Assembly: GCA_019828565.1 (NCBI GenBank)
Contig: JAHDYR010000062.1
Span: 1 to 64,000 of the forward strand
Direction: 5' to 3'
From: Carpediemonas membranifera BICM
Taxonomy: Eukaryota; Protista; Fornicata
DNA length: 64,000 nucleotides
In this document: piece by piece, positions 11,482-23,900 of the stretch
Layout: every line of letters starts with the position of its first letter
Numbering within the stretch: position 1 is the stretch's first letter
Notes under the pieces: generated by a model
Database searches by the model: none
Told to the model about the DNA's origin: nothing
The model's input: only the letters and a program-made list of their open reading frames with translations
Position numbers and translations under genes: made by a program

Positions 11482-13850
11482 GAAAAAAGCTTGGCAAATG
11501 CATCGACGCGAAAATCGGTCAGCATGGCCCTGCGCAGGTACTGTCCCCGCACGGACCTCCCTGTTTTCTCATTTTTCCCTGATCGTTTGTTTTGGGGCTC
11601 GCGGCGAAATGGCGCGGTTCTAAAAATGCATCGCCATTTTCATGCCACACCGTCCCTGGATTTTGGCCGTTGTTACGCCATTCGTAGTGTGTTCGCGGCC
11701 TCTATCTGGGCCCCTGCTGTTGTTCGCCGGTGATCCTTCCTTCCCTCTGAGCTGGCGAAAATTCCATTCCATCATACTGTCAATTCCTTGACTTCAAGTC
11801 AAGTTTTTGTGACTTAAAGTCAAGGCCAAAACTTGACTTTAAGTCAAGACGTTTGAATTAATCAGAGGAACCAGGCTCTGTCAGTAAATAAGAATGATAT
11901 GGCTGGGTAGCAGTACTAGTTCTCTATTCACTGCATTGATGGCTAACTGTGGGCTAAGCTGTGACCTGAGTATGGGTGACTTCTTCTTGACGACGAGAGC
12001 CATTTTTTTCAAGTTCGACCACTTCGGCTCTGTCCCCTTCGCAGTTTTTTGCAGGATCTGATCTACACCAGTAGTGCTTGTGATCCAACAAAAATCTGCG
12101 AAGGGGACAGAACAGATCTTGAGATTTTTAGCAAAAGACTCGGGCCGAGTCGAGAGGCGTTATTGATGAGCGCACAGCTCAGGGAATTTTTCTACGCTGC
12201 AACTAAAAACCAAGAGGCCGAGTAAACACAAGTATTACTACACGATGATGCCCAGACCGTCGTGTAAGGAGAACATTCTTGGGCGGTCAACGCGAAGAAA
12301 AAGTTAAAGTTATTGGAATTAAAAAGACGGCAATGTACTCGCCGTTGGCTGAAACCTCAGGCATAATGGTTTCAGGTGTGAACTCTTCCAATTGGGGGAG
12401 TTATTGTTATTGTTCAGTTTAAGGTCACGCCGCCTGCATGAAAAAAAATGGTAATGACGGAAGCAATGTCGGAGATATCCAGAAATGACTGTGATAGAGC
12501 TCATAGCAAGACAGCATTCGAGATATTTGCCCATCTGAGCATGCTTTCGCTCATTCTAGATGGCATAAGCCTCTTTTCCCACAACTAATCAATATCAAGT
12601 CGGCTTTTACTCAGTATCGCTCGCTCAGACATCTGAAACGTCCCCATTGGCAATATAACCCTGCTGGAACAGTGAAGTGGCGAGCATAGAGTTCTATTGA
12701 TGACGAAAGGTTGCGACCGGCAAGCGCCTGGTTCATACGGCCATTTGGGGCGGCGCGAGAGCCAATCTCGTTAATGAAAGGTAGGATGATGCGCGTATGA
12801 GTGTTTGTAGGGTCACTAACGACCTTAATGACGAGTTAGGACGTGTGGCAGGGCCGTGCGCTGCCGGAATACACAGGGCAGATTCGCCCCGTTGATTCCA
12901 GAAGCTCGCCGCTCTTCCACGCACGATAGTCAATACAGGGATAGATACACATCTGGACCTCTTTTATACAGCCAACCAGGCTCCGCATAAACTGCGCATT
13001 TCAGATGACGCCCGATGAAGAAAAACACACGAGCGACGCCGGTATCGCCGGCGAAACGTATAGCATTAACGATTGAAGGGATAGAATTGGAGCTAGACGT
13101 TGTTTATGGGATTCAACGAGCGCACTTTGATTGATTCTCGCATTGATGGTGAATTAGAGCAGATGAAGCGCTGCACGGCAAGGATCAAGACATTTTGTTC
13201 ATACTACATAGCAAATTACAACGAGTTTTCGATGTGAATAGATCAGTAAATAGAGAGAAAACCTGTAGCAGCCGATAAACACTGTCAGTCAACAGCCCAA
13301 CCGAAGACACGCCAAAACACAAGCACAAGTCAGTTTTACTCAGTTTGATTCCCGCAATTGCAGAGTAGTTCTCATGGCAGTCTTTGCAGAGATTGCAGAG
13401 ATGATGGGGTGGAGACACTCGATATTTGCATTTGTAGATGAGTTGGAGATAAATGTAGTCACTGACGCTAATCACCTTTTTGCAATGACACGGATGACGG
13501 AGTTCGTCATTCAATCTCGTTGCGAGCCATAAAGTGCACCAATAGTGGGAACCGACTTCCCACTATTTTCTCAGTGCCAATGAGCTATAGAGCTTTATTG
13601 AGGATATAAGCTTGCATAATAACACATCAATAGCGTCTGACGGCCGCTATGGCCCATGATACTCAATAACAACATCAAACGAGTCAAAGGAACCACGAAA
13701 CCACACAAGGAACGAGCTAGAAGAAGCGATAGGAACTTTAATTGCATAAACAACATCAATACTGCCACCAGCTGTCCAGTCAGCGCCCCAAAGCCAACAG
13801 CACCACGGCAGCACCACGACGCCACCGCAATTCATTCATTTACTACTGAC

Positions 13851-15609
13851 TCATTCCACAAAATAACAGTCATCCTCTGTGTTCTGTTGGGCAGACAGGT
13901 GCGATTCTGCCTTCCTCAGCTCAACAGGTGTTGCATGGTACACTTCCGCGTGTGCTGTGACGTCAGTTGGCGTGCCGGAGATATAAATGTAGTCATTGAC
14001 GCCAATCACGTTTGCAATGACACGGATGACGGACATGCTCGCATTAGTGTTTGTCAGGGTGATGTAACCCTTGTCTCTACCCTGGAAGAAGACGATTGTG
14101 CCGTCCTGGATGGATGCAATGGGCATGTTGTGAATCTGTGACCAGACCTGAATTGCGGTGTCCCGGCAGTATGGAAGACTGTCGTTCTTGCCACCCTTGC
14201 CTGTTGAACTGGCATGGCTGTAAAAGAGCTGATAGTCTGCCGGAAGTAGGTCGCGCTTCTGCATAATCCCTGCAGCAGCTTGAAGCTGCTTACGCCAATC
14301 TGTTGTCGGTACGTCACGCTCGTTAGACACATGCCTGAGGCAGTGGCCAACACAGTCACCATCGCCTGGGGGGTTGTACGGCTTGAACTTCGACCGGAGG
14401 TGACGTGTGAACTCGTCCAGGCAGTCCTCTCTCTCCTCGGTCTGGACATCCTTGTCATCTGTCGGGGTACGGTCGTCACCTTCGTTCATCTCAGTTCCAG
14501 TCTCGCAGGTCACAGGTCTGGCCTTCTCGGGCTCAGTCTGGATACAGGCGTCGCATTTGGTCACGTCCTCCTCATCTGACTCACCCTTCTTCTCAACAGT
14601 CACCTCCTCCTCTATCTCCTCCTCCTCTGACTCCTCCTCCGAGTCCTCTGGCCTGGCCTTCTCGGGCGTGATGATGAGGGCCTTGCGCTTCACAGACATG
14701 GAGGCCTCGGGCTCGTCCGTATCGCGTCGGGGACAGGAAGTCCTGGAGACTGTGCCAGACTGTGGCGGGATGGGGCTGCATGGGAGTGATGCATCTATGG
14801 ACTTGTCAGCGTCATAGGCTGCCTCTCGCTCAGCCTGCTGCTGCAGAAGGCGTCGATGCAGCGTGATGACTTCCTCACTCTTTGCCGTCAAGCTCTTCCT
14901 CAACTGCTTGACTCTCTTCTTGTATCCTCGAACAATTTTGTGATAGTAATCGATGATAGCGCCAGTACCTGGGGGAGCAGGGGCGTACCTTCTCCCGCGG
15001 GGGTCTCCAACCATTCCAGGGCGATGATGTACTCTTCGAAGTACGAGCGGCAGGAGTGCTTCATGTAAGCAAGGTCTGCCTCCTTGCTGCGCACCCTGGC
15101 AACCATTGCTGTGACATGGTCGCGCACAAGCGCGTTGGTGGATGTCGCGTTGCGCCACGCCCGAACCTTGACACTCAGCGCCTCTTTTTCGATACGCGCG
15201 CCCTCATTCTCCTTGGCATACTCAGCCCTCTTGGAGTTCTTGAAGGCTGTGACAGCGGCCGACTCAAACGCCTTCATCTCCTTCTCCGTGAAGGTTGCCT
15301 CGATGATCTCGTTCGAGGTCTTATCCTGCACCTGCTGAGACAGCAATGCCTCGAGTTCTGCCTTCTTCTCGCCCTGAATCTCGAAATATGAGCACAGGTG
15401 GTTGAAGTTGATCCCTATATAAACATTTGCACCAATTACGTACCGTTCTTGACGACTATATCGAAGATATCGTTCTCGTCGAGCAATTTGTCCCGAAGAA
15501 CGGCACTCTTCGCCTTGTTTGTCTTCTTCTCCTTGAATTCGGTGATAACGGCCTCAATCACATCATCTGAGGTGCTCTCGATCCACTCGTGAAGGAATTC
15601 GAACGTCAT
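13851..15609 (-). CDS. OTU-domain deubiquitinase-like protein (intron 15415-15443; one frameshift near 15000)
   Basis: ATG at 15609. A 29-nt GTACGT..TATAG intron links to ORF 14900-15346 and then ORF 13851-15158. 'PPGDGDCVGHCLRH' catalytic Cys motif, C-terminal 'AHAEV' His, acidic/coiled-coil linker. Confidence 0.7.
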
Positions 15610-16519
15610 TCTTCTCTTCGTTATATCCCAATAATGGACATATAACAGAGATGAGAAAATTCCAGTAACCGTAGGCAACAGGGTGTCGGAAACGTTATAC
15701 CATACAAACGGGGGATATAATCGCTCCGAAAACACCCATTATGTGGACTGAATGGCGATATAACGTATGGGGAGTGATCCGACGAGCTTTCGGGCGGTGC
15801 AGGCTAAGACACACCAAGTCTGTGGTGCTCTAACGTACATCGGGACGCACTGTGGAGGCCCCTAGAGTACTCGGTCATGGCATGTCAGACCAAGGGTCCC
15901 TCAAATCTGGCCCCATTCAGGATGCACCCCCTAAATGTTCCGTTGCAAGCGTCTGACGGGCGTTCTCTGGATACCGACCAAGATGGAGGTCACGTGGATC
16001 AACGGACGATAATTGCGGTATTCTGGCCATGCATGGTACTCTCAAATCATCTATACTAATCAGTGCTCCATTTATAGTTCATATCGTATGGTCCTGGTGG
16101 ACTTATAGTTGTTGATGTTGTTTAGGGATAATTGTAGCTTTAATGATGCTCTGCGCCCGCTTACTGATGTTTCTTAGTGATATTCATGTGTCTGCATCTT
16201 CAAATCCGCCAGTATTCTTCCTATTCTTCAGTTCGTCATTTCGGTCTCGTTGCGAGCATAAAGTGCGAAATAGTGGCCAATTGGCCACTACGATATCGGC
16301 AATTAAGACAGTAACAGGAGCGTTTGGTGCGCAGATCAAGACTTTTTAACAATATCAACAAACGGTTCACTCACTTTCTCGTTTAACGTAGTGAATCATC
16401 AGTTTCAGCTGTGGCGTTAGTTGTTAGCCGTGCGAAGCACTGATGAGGCCTTATTACCATCAATAGGAGTAATAAACACCATTTAACTTCAATATAGAGA
16501 GCGAGCGGCCAAGAAACAA

Positions 16520-18250
16520 GCGCCGGGAGGATAACGGCGGTGGAGAGCAGCATGAGAGCGCCGGGGTATGGCGCACGGGAGGGAGAGCGGCAGGAGAGCG
16601 CCGGGGGATGGCGCACGGGAGGGAGAGCGGCAGGAAGAGAGCCCCAGGGGAAGAGAGCCGGGGGGAAGAGCCCCAGGAGAGCCCCCGGGGGAAGAGCGCC
16701 AGGGGGAAGAGCCCCAGGAGAGCCACCGGGGAAGAGAGCCGGGGGGAAGAGCCCCAGGAGAGCCCCCGGGGGAAGAGCGCCAGGGGAAAACAGAGAGCTC
16801 GGGAAGAGCCCCAGGAGAGCCCCAGGGAAGAGAGCTGGGGGAAGAGCCCCAGGAGAGCCCCAGGGAAGAGAGCCGGGGGGAAGAGCCCCAGGAGAGCCCC
16901 AGGGGAAGAGAGCCGGGGGAAGAGAGCCCCAGGAGAGCCCCAGGGGAAGAGAGCCGGGGGGAAGAGCCCCAGGAGAGCCCCAGGGAAGAGAGCCGGGGAA
17001 GAGAGCCGGGGGGAAGAGCCCCAGGAGAGCCCCAGGGGAAGAGAGCCGGGGGGAAGAGCCCCAGGAGAGCCCCCAGGGAAGAGAGCCGGGGGGAAGAGCC
17101 CCAGGAGAGCCCCAGGGGAAGAGAGCCGGGGGGAAGAGCCCCAGGAGAGCCCCAGGGGAAGAGAGCCGGGGGGAAGAGCCCCAGGAGAGCCCCAGGGGAA
17201 GAGAGCCGGGGGAAGAGAGCCGGGGGGAAGAGCCCCAGGAGAGCCCCAGGGGAAGAGAGCCGGGGGGAAGAGCCCCAGGAGAGCCCCAGGGGAAGAGAGC
17301 CGGGGAAGAGAGCCGGGGGAAGAGCCCCAGGAGAGCCCCAGGGAAGAGAGCTGGGGGAAGAGCCCCAGGAGAGCCCCAGGGGAAGAGAGCCGGGGGGAAG
17401 AGCCCCAGGAGAGCCCCAGGGGAAGAGAGCCGGGGGAAGAGAGCCGGGGGGAAGAGCCCCAGGAGAGCCCCAGGGGAAGAGAGCCGGGGGGAAGAGCCCC
17501 AGGAGAGCCCCCGGGGGAAGAGAGCCGGGGGAAGAGAGCCCCAGGAGAGCCCCCGGGGGAAGAGCGCCAGGGGGAAGAGAGCCCCAGGGGAAGAGAGCCG
17601 GGGGGAAGAGCCCCAGGAGAGCCCCAGGGGAAGAGAGCCGGGGGGAAGAGCCCCAGGAGAGCCCCAGGGGAAGAGAGCCGGGGGGAAGAGCCCCAGGAGA
17701 GCCCCCGGGGGAAGAGCGCCAGGGGGAAGAGAGCCGGGGGGAAGAGCCCCAGGAGAGCCCCAGGGGAAGAGAGCTGGGGAAGAGCCCCAGGAGAGCCCCA
17801 GGGGAAGAGAGCCGGGGGAAGAGAGCCCCAGGAGAGCCCCAGGGGAAGAGAGCCGGGGGAAGAGAGCCGGGGGAAGAGAGCCCCAGGAGAGCCCCCGGGG
17901 GAAGAGCGCCAGGGGGAAGAGAGCCCCAGGGGAAGAGAGCCGGGGGGAAGAGCCCCAGGAGAGCCCCAGGGGAAGAGAGCCGGGGGGAAGAGCCCCAGGA
18001 GAGCCCCAGGGGAAGAGAGCCGGGGGGAAGAGCCCCAGGAGAGCCCCCGGGGGAAGAGCGCCAGGGGGAAGAGAGCCCCAGGGGAAGAGAGCCGGGGGGA
18101 AGAGCCCCAGGAGAGCCCCCGGGGGAAGAGCGCCAGGGGGAAGAGAGCCGGGGGGAAGAGCCCCAGGAGAGCCCCCAGGAGAGCCCCAGGGGAAGAGAGC
18201 CGGGGGGAAGAGCCCCAGGAGAGCCACCGGGGGGAGAGCACGGGGGAGAG
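16520..18250 (+). repeat. G/A-rich strand-asymmetric minisatellite
   Basis: Shuffled sub-units of GGAGAGCCCCAGGGGAAGAGAGCCGGGGGGAAGAGCCCCA; almost no T on the + strand. Confidence 0.95.
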
Positions 18251-18259
18251 AGCATATTA

Positions 18260-18950
18260 GCCCTGAAAAACGCCAGCACCAGCGCAAGTAAGCTATTCTA
18301 TTACAAAATGCTTCACTTGCGCTGGTACTACAGCGTTTTCGGGGCCCTTTGCCCATCTTTCGTTGTCTGATTTTTTTTCGTGCAGAATTCAAACGAGTGC
18401 CGCCTGGAAGAGGCTGAGCAGCGGAGCTAGGCACCTGCGGCACCACTCGTCTGGCCCAGCTCCCGGGTATGCTCCAGAAAATTCTGGTGCAGATTTGGGA
18501 GCAGAAATGTCGACGAACCCCGAAAACGCCATAACCGGCACCAGTGAGCGCATCTTCGTTGATGAAGCTCATTGGTGTTGGCATTATGGCGTTTTCGGGG
18601 TTCGATACTGTACTCGTGGCCTGAGGCGCCCGCACAGCGCCACCACGCCAGCAGCAGCGCCCTCACATGCCTGATGCCCTCATCCTGGCGCGCCCTCATC
18701 CTGGCGCACTCATCCCTGGCGCCTCATCCCTGGCGCCCTCATCCCTGGCGCCTCATCCCTGGCGCCCTAATCCCTGGCGCCTCATCCCTGGCGCCCTCAT
18801 CCCTGGCGCTCATCCCTGGCGCCTCATCCATGGCGCTCCCTCATCCATGGCGCCTCATCCCTGGCGCCTCATCCTGGCGCCTCATCCCTGGCGCCTCATT
18901 TCTGGCGCCCTCATCGCAGCGCCCACACAGCACCCCTACGCCAGCGCCCT
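18260..18950 (+). repeat. Double-hairpin core plus CCTCATCCCTGGCGC repeats (copy 1)
   Basis: Hairpins at 18260-18345 and 18514-18604 (21-bp perfect outer stem), then 14-15 nt C-rich repeats at 18670-18915. Homologous to 61414-61882. Confidence 0.85.
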
Positions 18951-20974
18951 CTGCGCCACGACGTTACCGCCCTCAGCGCCACACCCACACCGCAACCGCC
19001 AGCCCCACGCCAGCCCCGCATCACCGGCGCCCTCAACAGCAAGTTCCATCATCCACATCACTCCTTAACAACATCAACGACTCGCCTACCACCGACAGCG
19101 ATGGCGAAGTCTGCGTTGATGTCGCCAGTGCCAACCCAGCTGGCATACGCGTCGCAATGAATGTAAATGTTTACGTGTTCTCTTCGTCCCTTCTATCGTC
19201 CAGGATCTGCTTTCAGACGTCCATGAGCGATCATCCCTTATCCTGCGGAGCAGCCCAACATCAGCTCCAGCGGTTCAGAGCATGCGTACAATGCTTCCGG
19301 GGCATGCAGAGTGATCATGTAGGAGCTTTATCACGATTCCAGGCTAGTTAGTGAGGGAATTCGTCTGCAGTTCCCGGCAAATCTCATTATCTCCATTATT
19401 GCTGCAGTATTCAAAGTAAACGCGAACAAAACGATCTATCTCCATTCATTGGCGCCTCGAGGAGCGCTTCAGTCCCTCTAGAGCGTGCTTCAGCAGCATT
19501 TCGATCGAGATTAAAAATCACCCGAATTCTAGCTCTGTTCTGTGGCCGCTGCAGGCACCGCTGGGCGCAATAGAGCTCGGAGCGGCGTTGTCTGCCAAAA
19601 AGAGCATATTGCTCCCGGTGAAAATTGAACCCACAATCTGGAGGCTGTGTACAAAGTCTCTTCCCTCTATGCCACGACTTATGGGAAATCCGCCCTTATT
19701 AGGCTTCCTACAGGGAATATAGGCCATTTTGGAGGTATGAGCGACCGGGAGGGGGGAATGGGGGACATTTATGGTATGGCTGGACTCTACTCGGGCAGAC
19801 TATTATAATAAGGCTCAGATCAGACCTCTACGACAGCTATACGAGGAGAAACGAGCCAAGCAGCGCGCTAGCGGCCCATGGCCGCAGCAGCGCCCAGCAA
19901 AGCTCAGCTATAGGGTCACCTGAGGCCCCAAATGGCGTGCTGATCAGGTCGACTCCCATCTATTGACTTGGTAATTGCAGAGGGCGTCTGAACGCGATGT
20001 CCTAATAACCGACATGGTCGGAGCGGTTCGGCGATGACTCCGTTGTATTCCACACCTTCTTCTGATGCCGAAACATGCAGTCCTTTAGAGTCAACGCGCG
20101 TCCTGTCCGTCAGGCGAAGGGCATTCAGCAGAGGCATTGCTGCGGTCTGCAGGCTGCCCTAGCGCTTCAGGATGGCCAACTGCATGATCTGGACCCATGT
20201 CTATCAAATCCATTTTGATCACATCAAACGTGTGTCAAATCCGGCAAATCGATTTTGCGATAAGGGGCAGAGGGGAGGAAGCGACCCATAAGGCGTACTT
20301 ATGGACCATTTCCTCCCCCCTGCCCGTTTTTTGAGTCTCAACTCTCAATTCCAATTTGTCCCTATGTTACTTTTTTCTAGCAGGATTTAAAGTTTGATAC
20401 TGCGCATGCGTATTGCTTAGGTATAGCCAAGTACTACCATACCACTTTGAAGATCCAGCTCCGGCTCATCGTCGAGTTCATTTTTTCTTGCAAAATGACT
20501 TAAAGTCAAGTTTTGTCCTTGACTTTAAGTCACAAAAACTTGACTTGAAGTCAAGGAATTGACAGTATGATCGATGCTCCGACATCCTTCCCTGCGCTCT
20601 CCGTCTCTTTCCCTGTAAATCTAAGCTCCATATTGTTCGTTCTCTAGTCCCTGTGGCTATGGAGCTCCCACTCATAACCGGCGGTGCACCCTGAATGTAA
20701 CCTTCTGGTTCGTTGGACAGGGGCCATAGTCGCTCCTTTTGAGCTCGATGGGGCACTGTTCTATCTATTCTAGTACAGGCCTGTTGGTCTTCATCCACCC
20801 CTGTTGTAAGTGAGAACACTTAGCTGAAAACATTGGTGGACTGAGGTGGCGGGCAGAGATGGTGATGGGGAGTGTAGTCAATATTAATATCTACCAATAT
20901 CCCCGGGAGGGTCCAAACCTCTTTTTACTTGTAAAACCTATCTCTTCCAAGACTACAGTACTAGTACTTTCCCG

Positions 20975-23900
20975 ATGGATAGAGACGGGAAGAACCAAGC
21001 ACCACTACTCAAGGAAGCTACTTTCAGGGCTTTCGTGACGTTTACTACATCATTGCGTGACTTCAAGGCCAGAGGTGGCAAGGCGAAGCTCCTGAAGCTC
21101 ATCAGTCCGGAGATACAGTCCTACGTATGCCAGGTGTTAGGCTTAGAGGCCCTCGAGGACGTCCCGCTTCCTCAGGGTGATCAACAGGGCGACCAACCTT
21201 CCACAACATCACGCAAGGTCAAAGAGAGGACTATTATGCAGCGGCTCGCTGCTGCCTTGCGTCCCACCAGGAAGGAGCAATGTCTGAACCTCATCAGGCT
21301 CCGCATCGCGGCATTCACGCCACTCGAGGTTTCGAGACTGAACTCGCAGTTCAACACCTTGTTCGAGTGCCTTGACCTGGTCGAGGACGACACTATTCGT
21401 GAAGCATACTTGCGGGCGTTCGCCGTGAAGGGCCAGTCCCTTTACTTCAGACTGAAGGAGCAGACTGAGGGGCGCTCACTTGCTGAGACCCAGCAGTATG
21501 CCATGAAGACGGCGCGCGACGTAGTCGAGTCCGCGGAGTACCTCGCTCCGTTCGCTGAGGCCATTCATCCCGACCAGCCGCGCCGCCCGGCAGCTCCTGT
21601 GCCAGGCGCCCAACCCCAACGTGCGGACAGCCGTGACCGGCGCGACCGCCGTGACCGGCGTGACCGCCCATACGACCGTCGTGACCGCCCGTATGACCGC
21701 CACCGCCAAGATCGCCCAGACAAGCGGTCCCGCGATCGGGCTCGCCCCACCAGCACCATGCCGACCTGCTACAACTGCGGGGGCAAGGGCCATTTTAGTC
21801 CCGAGTGCCGGAAGCCCAAGGTCAAGTGCGAGAAGTGCGGGCGCGAGGGCCACAAGAGAGAGTTCTGTGACCGTATAAAGGTCCAGAACTATTCTTATTT
21901 GTCTTGTTTCGCGGCGTCTAGCAAACGCAGGGCGCAGGCTCTACCGATTGTATCCGGATCTATATACAGGACCAGCACAGAGTCGATGTTATTCGACTGT
22001 GGCGCGTCAGCAACCTTCATATCGCCGCAGGTGGCCGAGAGGTCCGGCGAAAAGATCCTGCATTGTGACCCGGTCGAGGTGACGACACCGGCTGGAGTCA
22101 TCACAGTCGACCAGACTGTTCCGATCGAAGTAACCTTTGCTAAGTCAGCTCTTATCCCCCGTGGGTGCACCTTCACTACCCGTGCGTATCTTCTACCCTC
22201 AGAGTATGATTTAATCATTGGATACCCTGATATGGTCACCCTAGGGATCCTCCCACAGATTGACGACTGCGAGGGGTCTGACACCCAAGACGCCGAGCAG
22301 GCTGAAGACGTCTCAACGGTCATTACTCCCCAGAAGCTGAGCCTATTCACCTTGTCTGACAAGTCGTCTTCCCTTCAGGACAGACTGCTCGCGCGGTTTG
22401 TCGGCCTGTTCGAGGACAGAGTAGGGTGTCCGAGTAAGCTCATCCCTTACGATCTAGTCTTGTCTGATGATGAACCCGTCTTTAGCCGCGAGTTCTTCAT
22501 GCCGCCGGAGAAGAAGACACTTCTCCAGGAACACTTTGACGACCTGTCCCGACATGGCTTCATCCAGCCATCAGCATCGGCTTACTCCTCACCGGCATTC
22601 TTGGTCCCAAAGGGGAAGGACCGTACCCGGTTCGTTATCGACTTCCGTTTGGTCAACGCGAAGACTCCCCCGTTCAACTACCCTATCCCGATCATAGAGG
22701 ATTGCCTTGCTAGGCTTAGGGGTAATACCATCTTTGCTACGCTCGACTGTAAGGCAGGCTACCATCAGGTGGCACTGACGGACCGTTCCCGTTCCCTGAC
22801 CGCTTTCGGGACCCCCCTCGGACGGTTTGAGTACACGACTATGCCCTTCGGTCTGCGTAACGCTGGCTCACATTTCCAGTGGGCCATGGAGCAGGCTTTC
22901 TCCGACCTGATCTCGGCGGGCAAGTGCCTGATTTACATCGATGACATTATTGTCATGGGTCGGGATGAGCCTTCGTACATAAGGAACCTATGGGACGTCC
23001 TGAAACGCTGCCAAGAGTATGACCTACACTTAGGCCGCGACAAGTGTGTCTTCGCCGCGGCTGAGGTCGAGTTCCTGGGTCGACTCGTGTCCGGAGACAC
23101 CGTGAGGATTGCCGAAGACCGCATTGACGACATTAAGAAGCTGAAACTACCGACCAGCAAGCGGTCCGCACAGGCACTCGTCGGTTTCCTCAATTATTTC
23201 CGTGACTTCGTGCCCAACTTCGCGTCCCGAGCTCATCCTCTGTTGCAGGTGTCGGCTGGCAAGGCCGAACCCGGTGGGCCGGGTCAGCAAGCGGCCCTGG
23301 GCGACGTTATCGCCGAGCTCCTTAAGCGGGTCTCCCTCGTTCACTTCAAGACGGACGCGACACATGTCCTCATGACCGATGCCTCAGACGTGGGATGCGG
23401 CGCCGTATTACTACAGGACGGGCAGCCGATCGCTTTCATGTCCCACGCATTCTCCGCGGTCCAGACTAGGTGGAGTACCACAGAGCAGGAAGCCTACGCA
23501 ATCATCCTGGCAGTCCAGCGTTGGCGGAAATTCCTCTCGTGGACTCACTTTACCATCCGTACTGATCATCGCAACCTGCTGTTCATGGCCAAGTCCATCA
23601 ACCCCAAGGTCCGTCGATGGTACGACCAACTGGCTGACCTCGATTTTACCATACGTCACGTTCCGGGGGTTGACAACGGGGCAGCAGACGGCCTCTCTCG
23701 CGTGTTCGCTAACACCCTCGATACCCAAGTCGCGGACAAGCTGCAGAAGGCGCACCACTTTGCCGGGGCCCACTTATCCGCCTGGGCGACCAAGAACCTT
23801 CTTCGAGACTGGGGCGTGCGCGTCCGCCAGAAGGACGTGGACGACTACATCGCCAAGTGCCCAATATGCCAGTTAAGGCGTAAGCCCCCAGCCTCATCCG

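Larger units (their letters stand above)
11771..20571. mobile_element. 8.8-kb TIR-bounded DNA element (no recognisable transposase)
   Basis: 11771-11846 and 20496-20571 are 76-bp inverted repeats with 1 mismatch, each holding three TGACTTnAAGTCA palindromes. Subterminal hairpins at 12029-12111 and 20264-20325. Confidence 0.8.

Noticed and set aside
13000-13062. Hammerhead-like motif (GCCGG..CCGGC GAAAC)
   Set aside because: The required CUGAUGA core is absent (CAGATGA/CCGATGA and wrong spacing), and stems I and III were not found.
16383-18635. 550-750 aa ORFs in all six frames
   Set aside because: Artefact of a T-poor satellite lacking stop codons; the translations are low-complexity.
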